A DNA stretch of 62,824 nt, the filler included, from Asterionella formosa (lineage: Eukaryota), in NCBI GenBank assembly GCA_002256025.1. It is 10 parts of 10 records of this genome, joined end to end, with 100 filler letters (N's around TTAATTAATTAA, not from the genome) between each part and the next. Parts side by side here need not be neighbours in the genome. Positions count along the whole stretch, not along the records: positions 18,143 to 36,166 come from NKIB01004185.1; positions 36,267 to 37,387 come from NKIB01004189.1; positions 37,488 to 38,609 come from NKIB01004190.1; positions 38,710 to 39,830 come from NKIB01004191.1; positions 39,931 to 41,051 come from NKIB01004192.1; positions 41,152 to 59,164 come from NKIB01004193.1; 4 more parts are not named here. One strand, given 5' to 3'. Numbering within the stretch: the stretch's first letter is position 1; every line of letters starts with the position of its first letter. The notes beneath the pieces are model-generated. The model saw nothing but the letters and a program-made list of their open reading frames with translations. It was not told the DNA's origin and did not search any database. Shown piece after piece: positions 34,625 through 46,215 of this stretch. Both the position numbers and the translations under genes were made by a program.

Positions 34625-35170
34625 GAACTTGAAGTCAGCAGTCAGCAAAAGAAGTCAGCAGTCAGCGATTTTTTCAAATTTTCAGCAAATCAAGTCAGCA
34701 GTCCGTAGTTAGCAAGTTGAAGTCAGCATCTTTACGATAGTACCGGTACATGGTGGTAACAATATCACGAAGTAGATTGCAATGAATTTTTTCAGGCATC
34801 AATGTTGATTTCACAGTTTATTATCATGTACGGAGTACCAGGTACCAGGTACCAGGTACCAGGTACGTCTATGTTACTCCCAATAGTATAGTATGAACGT
34901 AGAAGGCATCGCTTTTAGTATCCCAACAACAAAAAGATGATGCATTTCCATTGTTATTCTAATATGAAAAGTAGACACAGTTTGTACACCTGTAATGGTA
35001 GTCGGTCTCTTCCTATGTGTAAAGTAGCTTGTTTGATGTCAGCATGTTGAAGTTAGCAGTCAGCAAACAAAGTCAGCAGTCAGCGAATATTTCAAATTTT
35101 CAGCAAATCAAGTCAGCAGTGAGCAACAAAAAGTCCGCAGTCAGCAAGTTGAAGTTAGTAGTCAGCGATT
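34625..35170. repeat. Two direct copies of an AAGTCAGCAGTCAGC-rich module (34625-34730 and 35040-35170) flanking a (GGTACCA)4 run
   Basis: Both copies share tttcaaattttcagcaaatcaagtcagcagt; gtaccaggtaccaggtaccaggtaccaggtac lies at 34835-34866. Confidence 0.8.
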
Positions 35171-36266
35171 CTGCGGTGAAAGGTGGCAGCGCTTTTCCTT
35201 TTGAAAGTTTGTAATGGTTACAGGTAGTAATCTAAATAAATTGAAATAATTTGAGATTTTCATCATTTCGGAATTGGTGAGCCGGACAGACTTCCAATGA
35301 AGTAGGTTGAAACCGCTACATGGAATTTTTAGTATATAGTGCACGCGATTCGCTGATTACCGGACCTTCCAGCATGTGGATGCAGGAGGTACTTGGTACC
35401 TGGTACCTCCTCGTAAAGTATTTGCACAGGGTGGTGTTTGTTATAGTCACGTGATCGTTTTCCTATTCTATCGCCTATCACATGCTGGAGTGATAGTAAC
35501 AGCCAAAGCAAAAGCATCATTTGACTTGCACAGCTTTAAGTTTGTCATAGTCACGTGATCATTTTCGTATTCTATCCCCTATTACTTGTTCGTGGTGAGT
35601 TGCCCCTGGTATACACCTGGTACCCTGATACCATGGTAACAGGTTACAGGTAATGATGTACCATGCTCCTTGAACACAATATATATGTATATATGATAGA
35701 AATAAATAATAATAATTGTTTTTTTGATTTTGTTCTGTTGATTTCGACATCAAGTATGGCATACGAACGGATTCTGGATTCCGTCCTGTGGTACACTCGT
35801 GTGTGGAATATATTGTATGTAGCCTGTTCATATCTGACCTACGTGAATGTCGAAGTGTCCGGTAAAACTGAAATGCAACTCAATTATAGGAGCAATGGTA
35901 CGCGCATGATCATGGAAATTCTTAGAATTTTTTCGAGACGGAAGCAAATCAATCATACAAACCGGGGCCGGTACCTGGTGAGCGATCTTGCGCATCAATA
36001 CAGATGTATATAGGGTTAGTGTTATATCATATATGTATGAGAACTCAATAATGAGAGAACTCGACTAACCCTCATTGTATACTTTGGTGTCGACTTGGAG
36101 AACGAGTTACACACAAGGATTAACAAATAAGCTCATATATTCAACAAATACTACTACTTCTAGTTANNNNNNNNNNNNNNNNNNNNNNNNNNNNNNNNNN
36201 NNNNNNNNNNTTAATTAATTAANNNNNNNNNNNNNNNNNNNNNNNNNNNNNNNNNNNNNNNNNNNN

Positions 36267-37387
36267 ATGATGCTCTCCCAAAAGCAGCGTCGATACGCTA
36301 CAATCACCAATGGATGCAAAGGCTTAAAGTGATAGGCCTCCTTACCCTCACCACGAATCGAATACTTCATGTCGTATCCTATTTCGTCTCCTGAAGTTGA
36401 CAAAACACAACAAACAGCAGATTCTGTAATTTGATGAAATTTGAACTTCTTTTTCTCGTCACGCAATTTTTCAAGAGACTGTCGAATTGAGTGTAATTCA
36501 TGTCTTTCATATTCTTTAATGGAAAACTTGAAAGAAATCAGATTCTTCAGCTGCAAGGGCACCCCACCAGTCACCTCAAAGATTTCGGTACTATTAATCC
36601 GTGTTGCCACTTCCTCAAAGGCTGCACATGTTTCCTTAAAATCCATGTTGCAAGGGTGATTGTATTCCTCAAACCCCTCATGACTTTTCTTGTAGGCATC
36701 CTCATTGTCTGTTGAAGCTGAGATGATGGAGACAATGCGGAGGTCTCTGTTCATTATGTTGTTGATGGCACTAAAAGGAAAAGGAAGCAAACCCAAGTCT
36801 TCAGCTTCCTTTAGCTCTGGTCGATAAAATAACTCGTTCACCTGGTCGAAAACGAGGACCCATTTCTTGCCCATACTTTGAAGAATCAAGTCAATGTTAG
36901 CTACAAAAGTATACAGATTTCTCGGTATATCCAAACTTGAGCCAGCCTTCATCTTGAGAGCCGATAATGAAGTACCGAATGAACTGCAGATTGCAGTGTA
37001 CAAATCGTCAGCATCGTCCCATTGACGACAGTCTGGAATAAAAGTTACGAGGTACTGGCAGCTGCTGTCATATTGCAGCGTACGAACCAAGTTGACAAGT
37101 GAGTGCGACTTGCCAATTCCATGTGGTCCCTTAATCATGATTCCAGTCGGACAATATTTATTTAAGGCATTGTCAACCATTGTCATGATTTCCTTCACAA
37201 TTTTAGGGCGATATAGGATTCCCCTTCTATTGCAATCATTAAACCGCTCACGTTGGATCCTTTCCATCCAGTAAGTATCTTCCGGGGAAAAAGCCGGTAA
37301 AGTAAAATCAGAGTCAGAGTTTTGATTGTTCGAACGAATCTTGTAGATATGCATTTCCTTTTCAACATTCCGCTCCTCCTGCTCCTT
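36267..37387 (-). CDS. Partial P-loop NTPase (Crinkler/STAND-like), open at both contig ends
   Basis: Walker A GPHGIGKS, Walker B WVLVFDQ, and TGGVPL (GxP motif). Confidence 0.75.
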
Positions 37388-37649
37388 NNNNNNNNNNNNN
37401 NNNNNNNNNNNNNNNNNNNNNNNNNNNNNNNTTAATTAATTAANNNNNNNNNNNNNNNNNNNNNNNNNNNNNNNNNNNNNNNNNNNNATAAAAATATAAA
37501 AAAAAGTATAAAAATATGAAAAAAAATATAAAAATATAAAAATATGGAAAAAAATATAAAAAAAAGGCAAACTCTAAATGAATACGATTACCCTAGGGGG
37601 GGAAAGTATATTCATAGTAACTAATTGAGATAGTATTGCAATTAACGAT

Positions 37650-38609
37650 AGGTAAGTATAGTCCTATTGTAAACCTATTGTAGTTTCTTTTAAGTATAAT
37701 ACTATTGTAAACCTATTGTGATCTGTTCTAAGTATAATACTATTGTAAACCTATTGTAGTTTCTTTTAAGTATAATAATATTGTAATCTGTTATAAGTAT
37801 AATACTATTGTAAACCTATTGTGATCTGTTCTAAGTATAATACTATTGTAAACCTATTGTGATCTGTTCTAAGTATAATACTATTGTAAACCTATTGTAG
37901 TTTCTTTTAAGTATAATACTATTGTAAACCTATTGTAGTTTCTTCTAAGTATAATCCTATTGTAAACCTATTGTAGTTTCTTTTAAGTATAATACTATTG
38001 TAAACCTATTGTAGTTTCTTCTAAGTATAATACTATTGTAAACCTATTGTGATCTGTTCTAAGTATAATACTATTGTAAACCTATTGATGTTTTTAAGTA
38101 TCATAGGACGTAGGTCTTTTGTGGTAATAGTATGATTCCCGAAGGTAAGTATAATACTATTGTAAACCTATTGTAGTTTCTTTTAAGTATAATATTATTG
38201 TAATCTGTTTTAAGTATAATCCTATTGTAAACCTATTGATGTCTTTAAGTATCATAGGACGTAGGTCTTTTGTGGTAATAGTATGATTCCCGAAGGTAAG
38301 TATAATACTATTGTAAACCTATTGTAGTTTCTTTTAAGTATAATACTATTGTAAACCTATTGATGTTTTTAAGTATCATAGGACGTAGGTCTTTTGTGGT
38401 AATAGTATGATTCCCGAAGGTAAGTATAATCCTATTGTAAACCTATTGTAGTTTCTTTTAAGTATAATATTATTGTAATCTGGTTTTAAGTATAATCCTA
38501 TTGTAAACCTATTGATGTCTTTAAGTATCATAGGACGTAGGTCTTTTGTGGTAATAGTATGATTCCCGAAGGTAAGTATAATCCTATTGTAAACCTATTG
38601 TAGTTTCTT
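37650..38609. repeat. AT-rich tandem satellite: 38-bp monomer with a higher-order unit of 124-152 bp
   Basis: aagtataatactattgtaaacctattgtagtttctttt and variants; a 51-bp unit aagtatcataggacgtagg...cccgaaggt at 38096, 38247, 38371 and 38523. Confidence 0.95.
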
Positions 38610-38709
38610 NNNNNNNNNNNNNNNNNNNNNNNNNNNNNNNNNNNNNNNNNNNNTTAATTAATTAANNNNNNNNNNNNNNNNNNNNNNNNNNNNNNNNNNN
38701 NNNNNNNNN

Positions 38710-39830
38710 GTCATTTGTCAATAAGTAAACATCTCCAGTCATTTGTCAATAAATGACGAGATGTTTTTGGGTCTTGGTTTCTAATCACTACTAAGAATAT
38801 TGATTCTCGATTCGTTGGATTCCATATATTTTATCACCCTCCCTGATCTCGAAACCAACAATCCATGGTCCCATTCATAATGTGGGTTGCATGAGTGTCA
38901 TGAATTTTCTGAGTGACATTCTTTGAAAGTAGGTCTGCAGGATTCTTTAAAGTATTCACATAGTCAACTCTAATATCCCCAGCCTTCACCTTTTCTCGAA
39001 TGAAATGATATCTTACATCAATGTGCTTAGTTCGTGAACCAACCTGCTGATTCTTTGATAGAAAAATCGCACCTGTATTGTCTTCTGCAATGATACTGGG
39101 CATTTCCACGTATTCATCTTCATTGAGTAGATTCATTATAAACGTAGTTTTCTTTGATCCATCTGATAGAGCCACATACTCTGCTTCAGTGCTGGAAACA
39201 GTAACAATCTTCTGTCCTTTCGAAATCCAATTCACTAGCGATGCACCACCAATCATACCCAAATATGCACTTGTCGATTTCCTTGTATCTGGATTGTCCC
39301 CAAATGAGCTGTCTACCACGTCTTGAACTCGTAATTCATGTGGCGGTCTCTTTTTTAATTTTCTGTTCCTTTCATCAGTTGCAATGAAACCTAACAAACG
39401 TTCAACAGCACTCCAATGGGCATCACCTGGATTCTCTAAATGTTGAGAGAGTTCACGACATGCATTCGCGCATATTGGTCCAACTTTCTTCACAAAATAC
39501 AACAATTTTCCAACCATTGAACGATATTCTTTATGGAGAGTCACTTTGTCTGGATTCATTCTGAGAACAATTCCTGGAAATGCTGGGGTTGATGCATCTC
39601 TTGGATACCTTCCAAAAATATCATGATAATCTTGTAGCATAACATGCACAAAATCCTCCATGCTCGACTCCAAGTAGCGTCCCACTTTATCTTGACCCCA
39701 ATCGTACCACACTCCCAAATGCTTCTTCAAAGGGCCAAGCTCCTTAATTGTGAAGTGTTTCTTGATTTCATTTTTGAACCATTTAATATCATTTGGCTTT
39801 CCAGCAATTGCACAATCATCGACATGTGTG
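38710..39830 (-). mobile_element. Ty1/Copia retrotransposon 3' fragment (RT C-terminus, RNase H, PPT, start of 3' LTR)
   Basis: HVDD at the contig edge, YRSMVGKLLY, DSSFGDNPDTRKSTS, SSTEAEYVA, EDNTGAI, RTKHIDVRYHFIRE, NPADLLSK; PPT AGGGAGGG at 38837-38844 followed by TG. Confidence 0.95.
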
Positions 39831-39930
39831 NNNNNNNNNNNNNNNNNNNNNNNNNNNNNNNNNNNNNNNNNNNNTTAATTAATTAANNNNNNNNNNNNNN
39901 NNNNNNNNNNNNNNNNNNNNNNNNNNNNNN

Positions 39931-41051
39931 ATGTGACGTGTTCGACGGCTGCTTGAAGCTGTTCCATTCATTGCCAGCAGCATAGTGCTTTGGTTATCTT
40001 GATATATGATAGACTCCTGTACATCATACCCCTGTGCCTCCAAAAAATACCTGGTCCATAATACCTGGGGCATGACATCATTGACACCAACCAGTTCCCC
40101 TTCAGTTGAGCTTTTTGTGTTTAGCTTTTGTCGTGTGGATGTGCCATAAATGATGCCTTTGCCCATTGACATGGCACCGCCTGTATGACTTCGCATGTCT
40201 GGGTGAACCACAAATGACGCATCCACCCACCATTTGATAACTCGCGTGTTGTTTGCCTCCAGGATGAGGGGCATGTTGATCGATCCACGCAGGTACCTTA
40301 TGGTGCGAGTCAACTTCTTGTAGTCGTCTTCGTCTGGACTTTTAACCCTAGTACATAGGAATGCGACCGCAGTTTGTATGTCGGGACGTGCCCGTTTGCA
40401 CAGGAACAGCAGCTTAGCAGTGTTGTGATGGTATAGCTCGGCCGTTCTTACATCCAGTTTAGTGGTTTTGTCATTAACATCGAATAGGTGCTTTCCAGCC
40501 GGATTTGGTGCAGTTCCATCCATGTCTGGTGGCAAGTCATTCATCATCTCTTTGATGTAGTCAATCATTGTGAATTGAACTTTCCCTTTTTCGTTGAAGT
40601 TGATAGTCATTCCAAGATATTCATGGGTCTTTCCACGCGTTTTTGTGAGTGGTGCTGCGACTCCAAATTCGGTCTCGAGTAGGTCAATTACCTTAGTGAC
40701 AACAGCAGCATCCACATGCGATATTTTGAGATCATCGACATGCCATAATATTGTGCATTGCTTTCCGTCAATGACTTTATTCATCACACATGAGTCATAT
40801 GGGTTTAGTTCAAACCCCCATTTGCCAAGCTGCGAGCTGAGTCGTCTCCAGAACAGTAGTGCCGCCTTGAGGGTCCCATACAGCGCCTTTTTTAGTTCAA
40901 CGTATAGCACTTGTTTTCCTCGTTCGATTTGTATATGTTGGCGATATAATTTTGGGTCAATGCGCACCAGGAGCTCGGCCATTTTTCCTTCAAGCTTCAT
41001 ATGAACTAGATCATCCATGTCAGCTTGCATGAATGCGCCAGGAATATCAAC
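39931..41051 (-). mobile_element. Ty1/Copia retrotransposon RT/RNase H fragment from a different family
   Basis: DIPGAFMQA, LKKALYGTLKAALLFW, NPYDSCV, WHVDDLKISH, RARPDIQTAV, WWVDASF, NTKSSTEGELVG, YQDNQS. Confidence 0.95.
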
Positions 41052-41361
41052 NNNNNNNNNNNNNNNNNNNNNNNNNNNNNNNNNNNNNNNNNNNNTTAAT
41101 TAATTAANNNNNNNNNNNNNNNNNNNNNNNNNNNNNNNNNNNNNNNNNNNNACATACTAGTGCCTACGAGGACAAAAAGAATTATGGCACGTTACTTTGT
41201 CTATGACAAGAAAATTATTGGGTGTTTGGTTCCACCTCGAGAAAAATGTACAGGGGGGTCCAGCAACCATAGGGGGGGGTCCAGGACAATGAAGTATACG
41301 GTACTTCTAGTTAGATACTTCACTTTGAATTCAAAAAGAGTCCAATTAGAAGAAAACAAAC

Positions 41362-43890
41362 ATGGCAATGTATTCAAGGGTTCCTGTCATTCCTTTGATT
41401 AAAGATTACAATGTATTGACTATCAAGACTAAAACATTCAGAGTTGCTTTAACCGGTGGAAGGTTTGAATCATTTGATCAAGATATAATCGATGGAAGCT
41501 CTGTGGAAGTATTGTTGATTGGAGTGAATCAATTTCGTGACATGGCTAACACATGTGCCTTTAGCCCTGCAGATACCTTTTCCTACTTAAAAAGGTGTTT
41601 GACTGACATTGCCTTATCAGATTGGTTGAATGTTGAAGTACACCCAGAAGATCAATCCTACGATAGTTTCGATGAAGCAATGGCTTTGTGGTTAGACGAT
41701 CGTTTACCAAACGAGAGTTTTCAACGTCAACAACAATGGATGCTACACTACTTGTCTAAACCCTTTTCTATGTTGGTAATGGATTTCGGAGCTCGTATTA
41801 AGACTTTGAACAGGCTACTTCAACTAATGCCTCATCCAGAAGATCAAAACGGATTGTCAAAATAAGATATGAAGATCATCATCATCCGATCTATGCCCGA
41901 TGAGTGGCAACAAGAGTTTGAATTGAATCATGCTAAAACTTCAGACCAATCAATTTGCTCGGTTCTTGCTTACTTCGAGAGTCAACAATCGTTTATGGAT
42001 AGAAACAAGCATCTTCCTAAGAACATTTTTCAAGCAATCACGCAAAATCGTCTTCGTATTGCTGAAGGCTGAAGGCAATCATGTGATGCGTCAAGAAAAC
42101 GAGCGTGTCAGTCGTCAATTCTACAACGATAATTTTACTCCAAGTGGTTGTGGAAGAGCGCGTGCTATTTTCAATGCAGCCGGTCGCGCATGGGATCTTC
42201 AGGCGACTGTTCGTCATCAAGCTCTACAAGCCAGTTGTACATACCATGATTATCGTGGCCCTTGCCCGGTACATCCTGAAGGTACACACACTTGGGGCAA
42301 TTGTTTCCAGAACCCTAGTACTCAAGGTGGTCGAGCAGGTCGCATGGCTGGTCGTCATAATGGACATGGCCATTCCAGTTTTGGTAGTCAAGGAAATTTT
42401 GGTGGGCGTGGAGGCGGTTCACACAGCAATCCTACAGAAAGCTACCATACTGACACTGCTAACCCTCTGTCTGCTCCATATGTTTGTATGTTAAATACAT
42501 GGGGTCGTAATACTCATCCATCCGGTTGGGGTACCGTGCCACATGCCGATACTACCAAGAATACATTGGCCCAGGAAATTTCAGTGGTCACGAACCCTCC
42601 TGTTGGTCAGATAGTGACTTTTGTCCCTACTACACAACAGCAGATTGCTGATCGCCATTACAGAGGTATGTGCGATAATAGCGATGCTATTTATAATGAC
42701 TCATTGAGTATATCTCACGTTAGTCACCACCTGGATAATATTGTCTATTTACAGGTTGAATACACTATGAATACCGCTGTTGCTGTAACGCGTGACATAT
42801 ATAAATGTATCGATGGACATGATGTTCCACATACATATCATGGCCCAATTCCGGTTTCCTGTTTTACTTTTAAGGACACATTAACGTCAATTGATTTGAT
42901 TCCGATGTCTCTTTTAGCTCCACGATTGGTGGATGCTATGCCTATGCATAAAATACTACGAGTACTATTTGATAGTGGAGGATCCTTATCCTTTATACAT
43001 GAACGGTTTATGCCTCAAGGCATTTCTTCTTTGTCTAAGGAGACTTCACAATTAATACATACCATAGCTGGTACTTATTAATCGCATGCCATTGTTATTT
43101 TATATGACCTGATTCTACCTGAATTTAATCGATCTGCTCGTGTTTTACAACAAAAGTGTAAAGTTTTTAATGGTCTATGCACATTTGATGCTATTTTAGG
43201 ACTTTAGGACGGGATTTCCTTCGTCAAGTTGGTTTAACCATTGATTTCGTAAATAACACCATTTCCTGTATGGATATAACTGTTCCTATGCATTCTCTCA
43301 CATTCTTTGATGATGCAGAACGTTAACGTGATGTATTATTGTATTTTGATGCACCTATGATTATGGAATCTTCATATGCACTGAAAGTTAAAGCTGCTGA
43401 ATATAATTATGTGAATATTGATACAGTGGTGAATAAACAGATGCATTTAACAACAAGGCAACGGTCATGTTTGCGAACTATATTGTTTAAATATCAAACA
43501 TTATTTGATGGAAAATTAAAAGTTTATCCTCATAAAGAGGTACATTTGGAATTTTTATCAAATGCCATCCCTTGTCATCAACGAGCGTATCCTGTCGCTC
43601 ATATTCATTTAGAAGTTTTCAAAACCGAATTACAACGGTTGTGTGCTATTGGAGTCCTACAAAAATGCGGTGCTTCTAAATGGGCGTCGCCTACGTTTTT
43701 ATTCCTAAAAAGGATGGAAGTGTCCGATGGGTATCAGATTTTCGTGAACTCAATAAAGTCATCAATCGCAATATATATCCGTTACCTCAAATACAAACGA
43801 TTCTCACTAAACGTTCTGGATATGTATTCTTCACCAAATTGGATGTTTCTATGCAATACTATACTTTCGCATTAGATGTGGAGAGTCAAA
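41362..43890 (+). mobile_element. Degenerate Ty3/Gypsy retrotransposon (gag, zinc knuckle, protease, RT N-terminus)
   Basis: Gag-like ORFs; CPVHPEGTHTWGNC knuckle; RVLFDSGGS protease; [36 protein letters not shown]. Several stops and frameshifts; truncated before YxDD. Confidence 0.92.
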
Positions 43891-46215
43891 ATTTAAGCAT
43901 TCCGCAGGTTAGACCGAATGAATAACTGATTTGATCTCACGATTACTATCTTTAGATCGAACACCAAACCGTTAGTTGATATCAATCAGTATTTTTGTAT
44001 GATCAATCAGTAATTCTGTATGATCAATCAAAAAATAATACGTCATACTGAGAATTTTTGGGGCAGTGGGTCTTACAGCAAAACTGTTAGGCCTAACGGT
44101 TTTTTAATTTACAGACGGGGGTGGGGGGGGGGTCCATTTACATACTATGCATGCACACTCACTTCGGTATTTACATGGAGAGCGCTTGCTTCACATATAC
44201 AAACTTAAACAATATGCTGCCGGGGCACTTACAACAGCACTTTACACCCACAAGACTTAAATATGATATGCTAATCCTCTATTTTCCTCTTGATTTTGAC
44301 TCCTTCGTGAATTCGTAGGTATAGTAAAAATTGTAACTCTATGAAAAACAAAGAATTCGTGGTGGTAAGCATTTCTTGAGCCCCTTCCTTTTAACTGCAA
44401 TTGTGATACCAGAAAATGTTTATCACGAATTCCATACTTATGACAAAGTTGTAATCCTGATAATATTTGCATACATCGCTTATGATTCATGAATTGGGCA
44501 ATTGTAAATTCCTATGTAAATTAGTACATAGGTGATAAAATATTTCTCTATCTTAAACAGTCATTGGTATACATCATGAAATGCATTGCATATTGTTCTC
44601 TCTTTTGACATCATCTCTGTCATTTTCGACATCATTTCTCTGCCGCATTTCTTTGGAATGTTGTTGCAGATATGCCCAAAATTGGTGGAGTACTTCTTCA
44701 AAGGTAAGTGTAACATTGGGATATGGAAATATTCGTTTTGATGATAGTGCTTTGATGGATGAGAGGAGATGAGCTTGTATTAAGAAATCATATACCTGCC
44801 AGGAGTAGGTTAGTACTACTAATTGTGGTGCCATTTCGTCATTAATTTCTTCTAATTCAACTAACGCACTTTATTTATGAATCTCCTGTTTTAAGGCATC
44901 ATTTGAGGTGCCGTGGGGAGTAAATGCGTGGGACATAACAGAAGATGTGTAGACAAGAAAGAAGTTGTCTTTAATGACATCTGATGAAAAAGCCAGGAAA
45001 CATCAGAACCGGCTACATGCTCAGGCAGCAAGGGGGTAGAAAAGTTGGTTTTCAGGAGGTGCAGGAGGATAGAATTGGATTCGAAGGAAGGCAGAACCTT
45101 CTGAATGATTGATGGATGATTCATTCAATGATTAAAGATCCAAAAATCTTCCAATAGTTCCATCTGTGAGCATTACAAACTCACCGAAATGGAGTGTAAT
45201 GGAAATGTCTGCAAATAGAAAACATCTTATTCATGTGATGCACCTTATGATGACAATCATATGATCATATAATTTCAACATTATCTAATATGTATAACAA
45301 TTATTGTCATAAATTAAATAGAAACCTTTTTGGAATATGATTATTGTAGAAGATGATGTATACTATTCATTTTTCTTCCTGTACTTTGATGTACAAGCAA
45401 AAATATTGGTTTATTTGTGATCATCATCCCTTGTTGCTCTGCTTTTTGCTCAATCTTCAACACTCAAAAAACGAAGACAATCTGAATGATTGTATTGTTC
45501 CTCAAGTCTTTATGATGTGATTGTTATGTCATTATAACCATGATTCATTGTAATTTGTCTTTGTACATGCATTGTGATGATGATTCCACCAAGAATTGAT
45601 GCAACACCTGAGGAATGGTGCTGCTGACCTTCGCGGCATACACTGTTGGTGATCCAGCGAAGAATCGACACCAACGACTTGAATGTTTGTCCGATAACAC
45701 TGTTGCTCAGGCCTTCATGATTTTTTAAGTGTTATTCTGACATTATCATGCCACAGTATGTTGAGTGTACCATAAGAAGTCGTACAACCGTATGCTTAGG
45801 CATCTTGCCGTGATACCACATACTATGCCTACATATAATTACAGAAATTGTACATCAATACGAACATTACCTATAGTCTATCTCTATATAAACCATATGC
45901 AGTTGATAAAAGTTAGTTAGCATTTTATAATCATAAATGATAGAGAATTAGGAAGCATCATAGTTATGATCCTATATATTTTACTGGTAATAGAAGTGGA
46001 AATGACGAGGATGGCTGATGGATTGACAAAGCGGCAAAGTTGCATGCAAATATACCTTTTCCCTTTGCTCTGCATCGTCGAGCCGTTCCTGCTTCCCTTC
46101 GTAGATGCAGAGAGTTTTCGCGACAGAATAACTGACCAAATTCTAAGCGAGAGTGCGATCCAAAGGGTGTGAAGGCAGAAGAAAGAATTCTAACCACAGA
46201 AGGCCTGTCACCCTA

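Noticed and set aside
36020..36166. Solo LTR (similar to 18143-18200 around caaataagctca)
   Set aside because: The similarity is short, both lie at contig edges, and no TSD or partner LTR could be verified.
37650..38609. CRISPR-like repeat-spacer appearance
   Set aside because: The intervening units are identical or variants of the repeat rather than unique spacers; there are no cas genes and the context is eukaryotic.
38710..41051. One continuous Copia element
   Set aside because: The two fragments cover overlapping RT/RNase H regions with very different sequences and lie on separate contigs.
44257..45124. Possible piggyBac-like or other transposase remnant
   Set aside because: Only a vague M...R..QI similarity; no catalytic motifs were recognisable.
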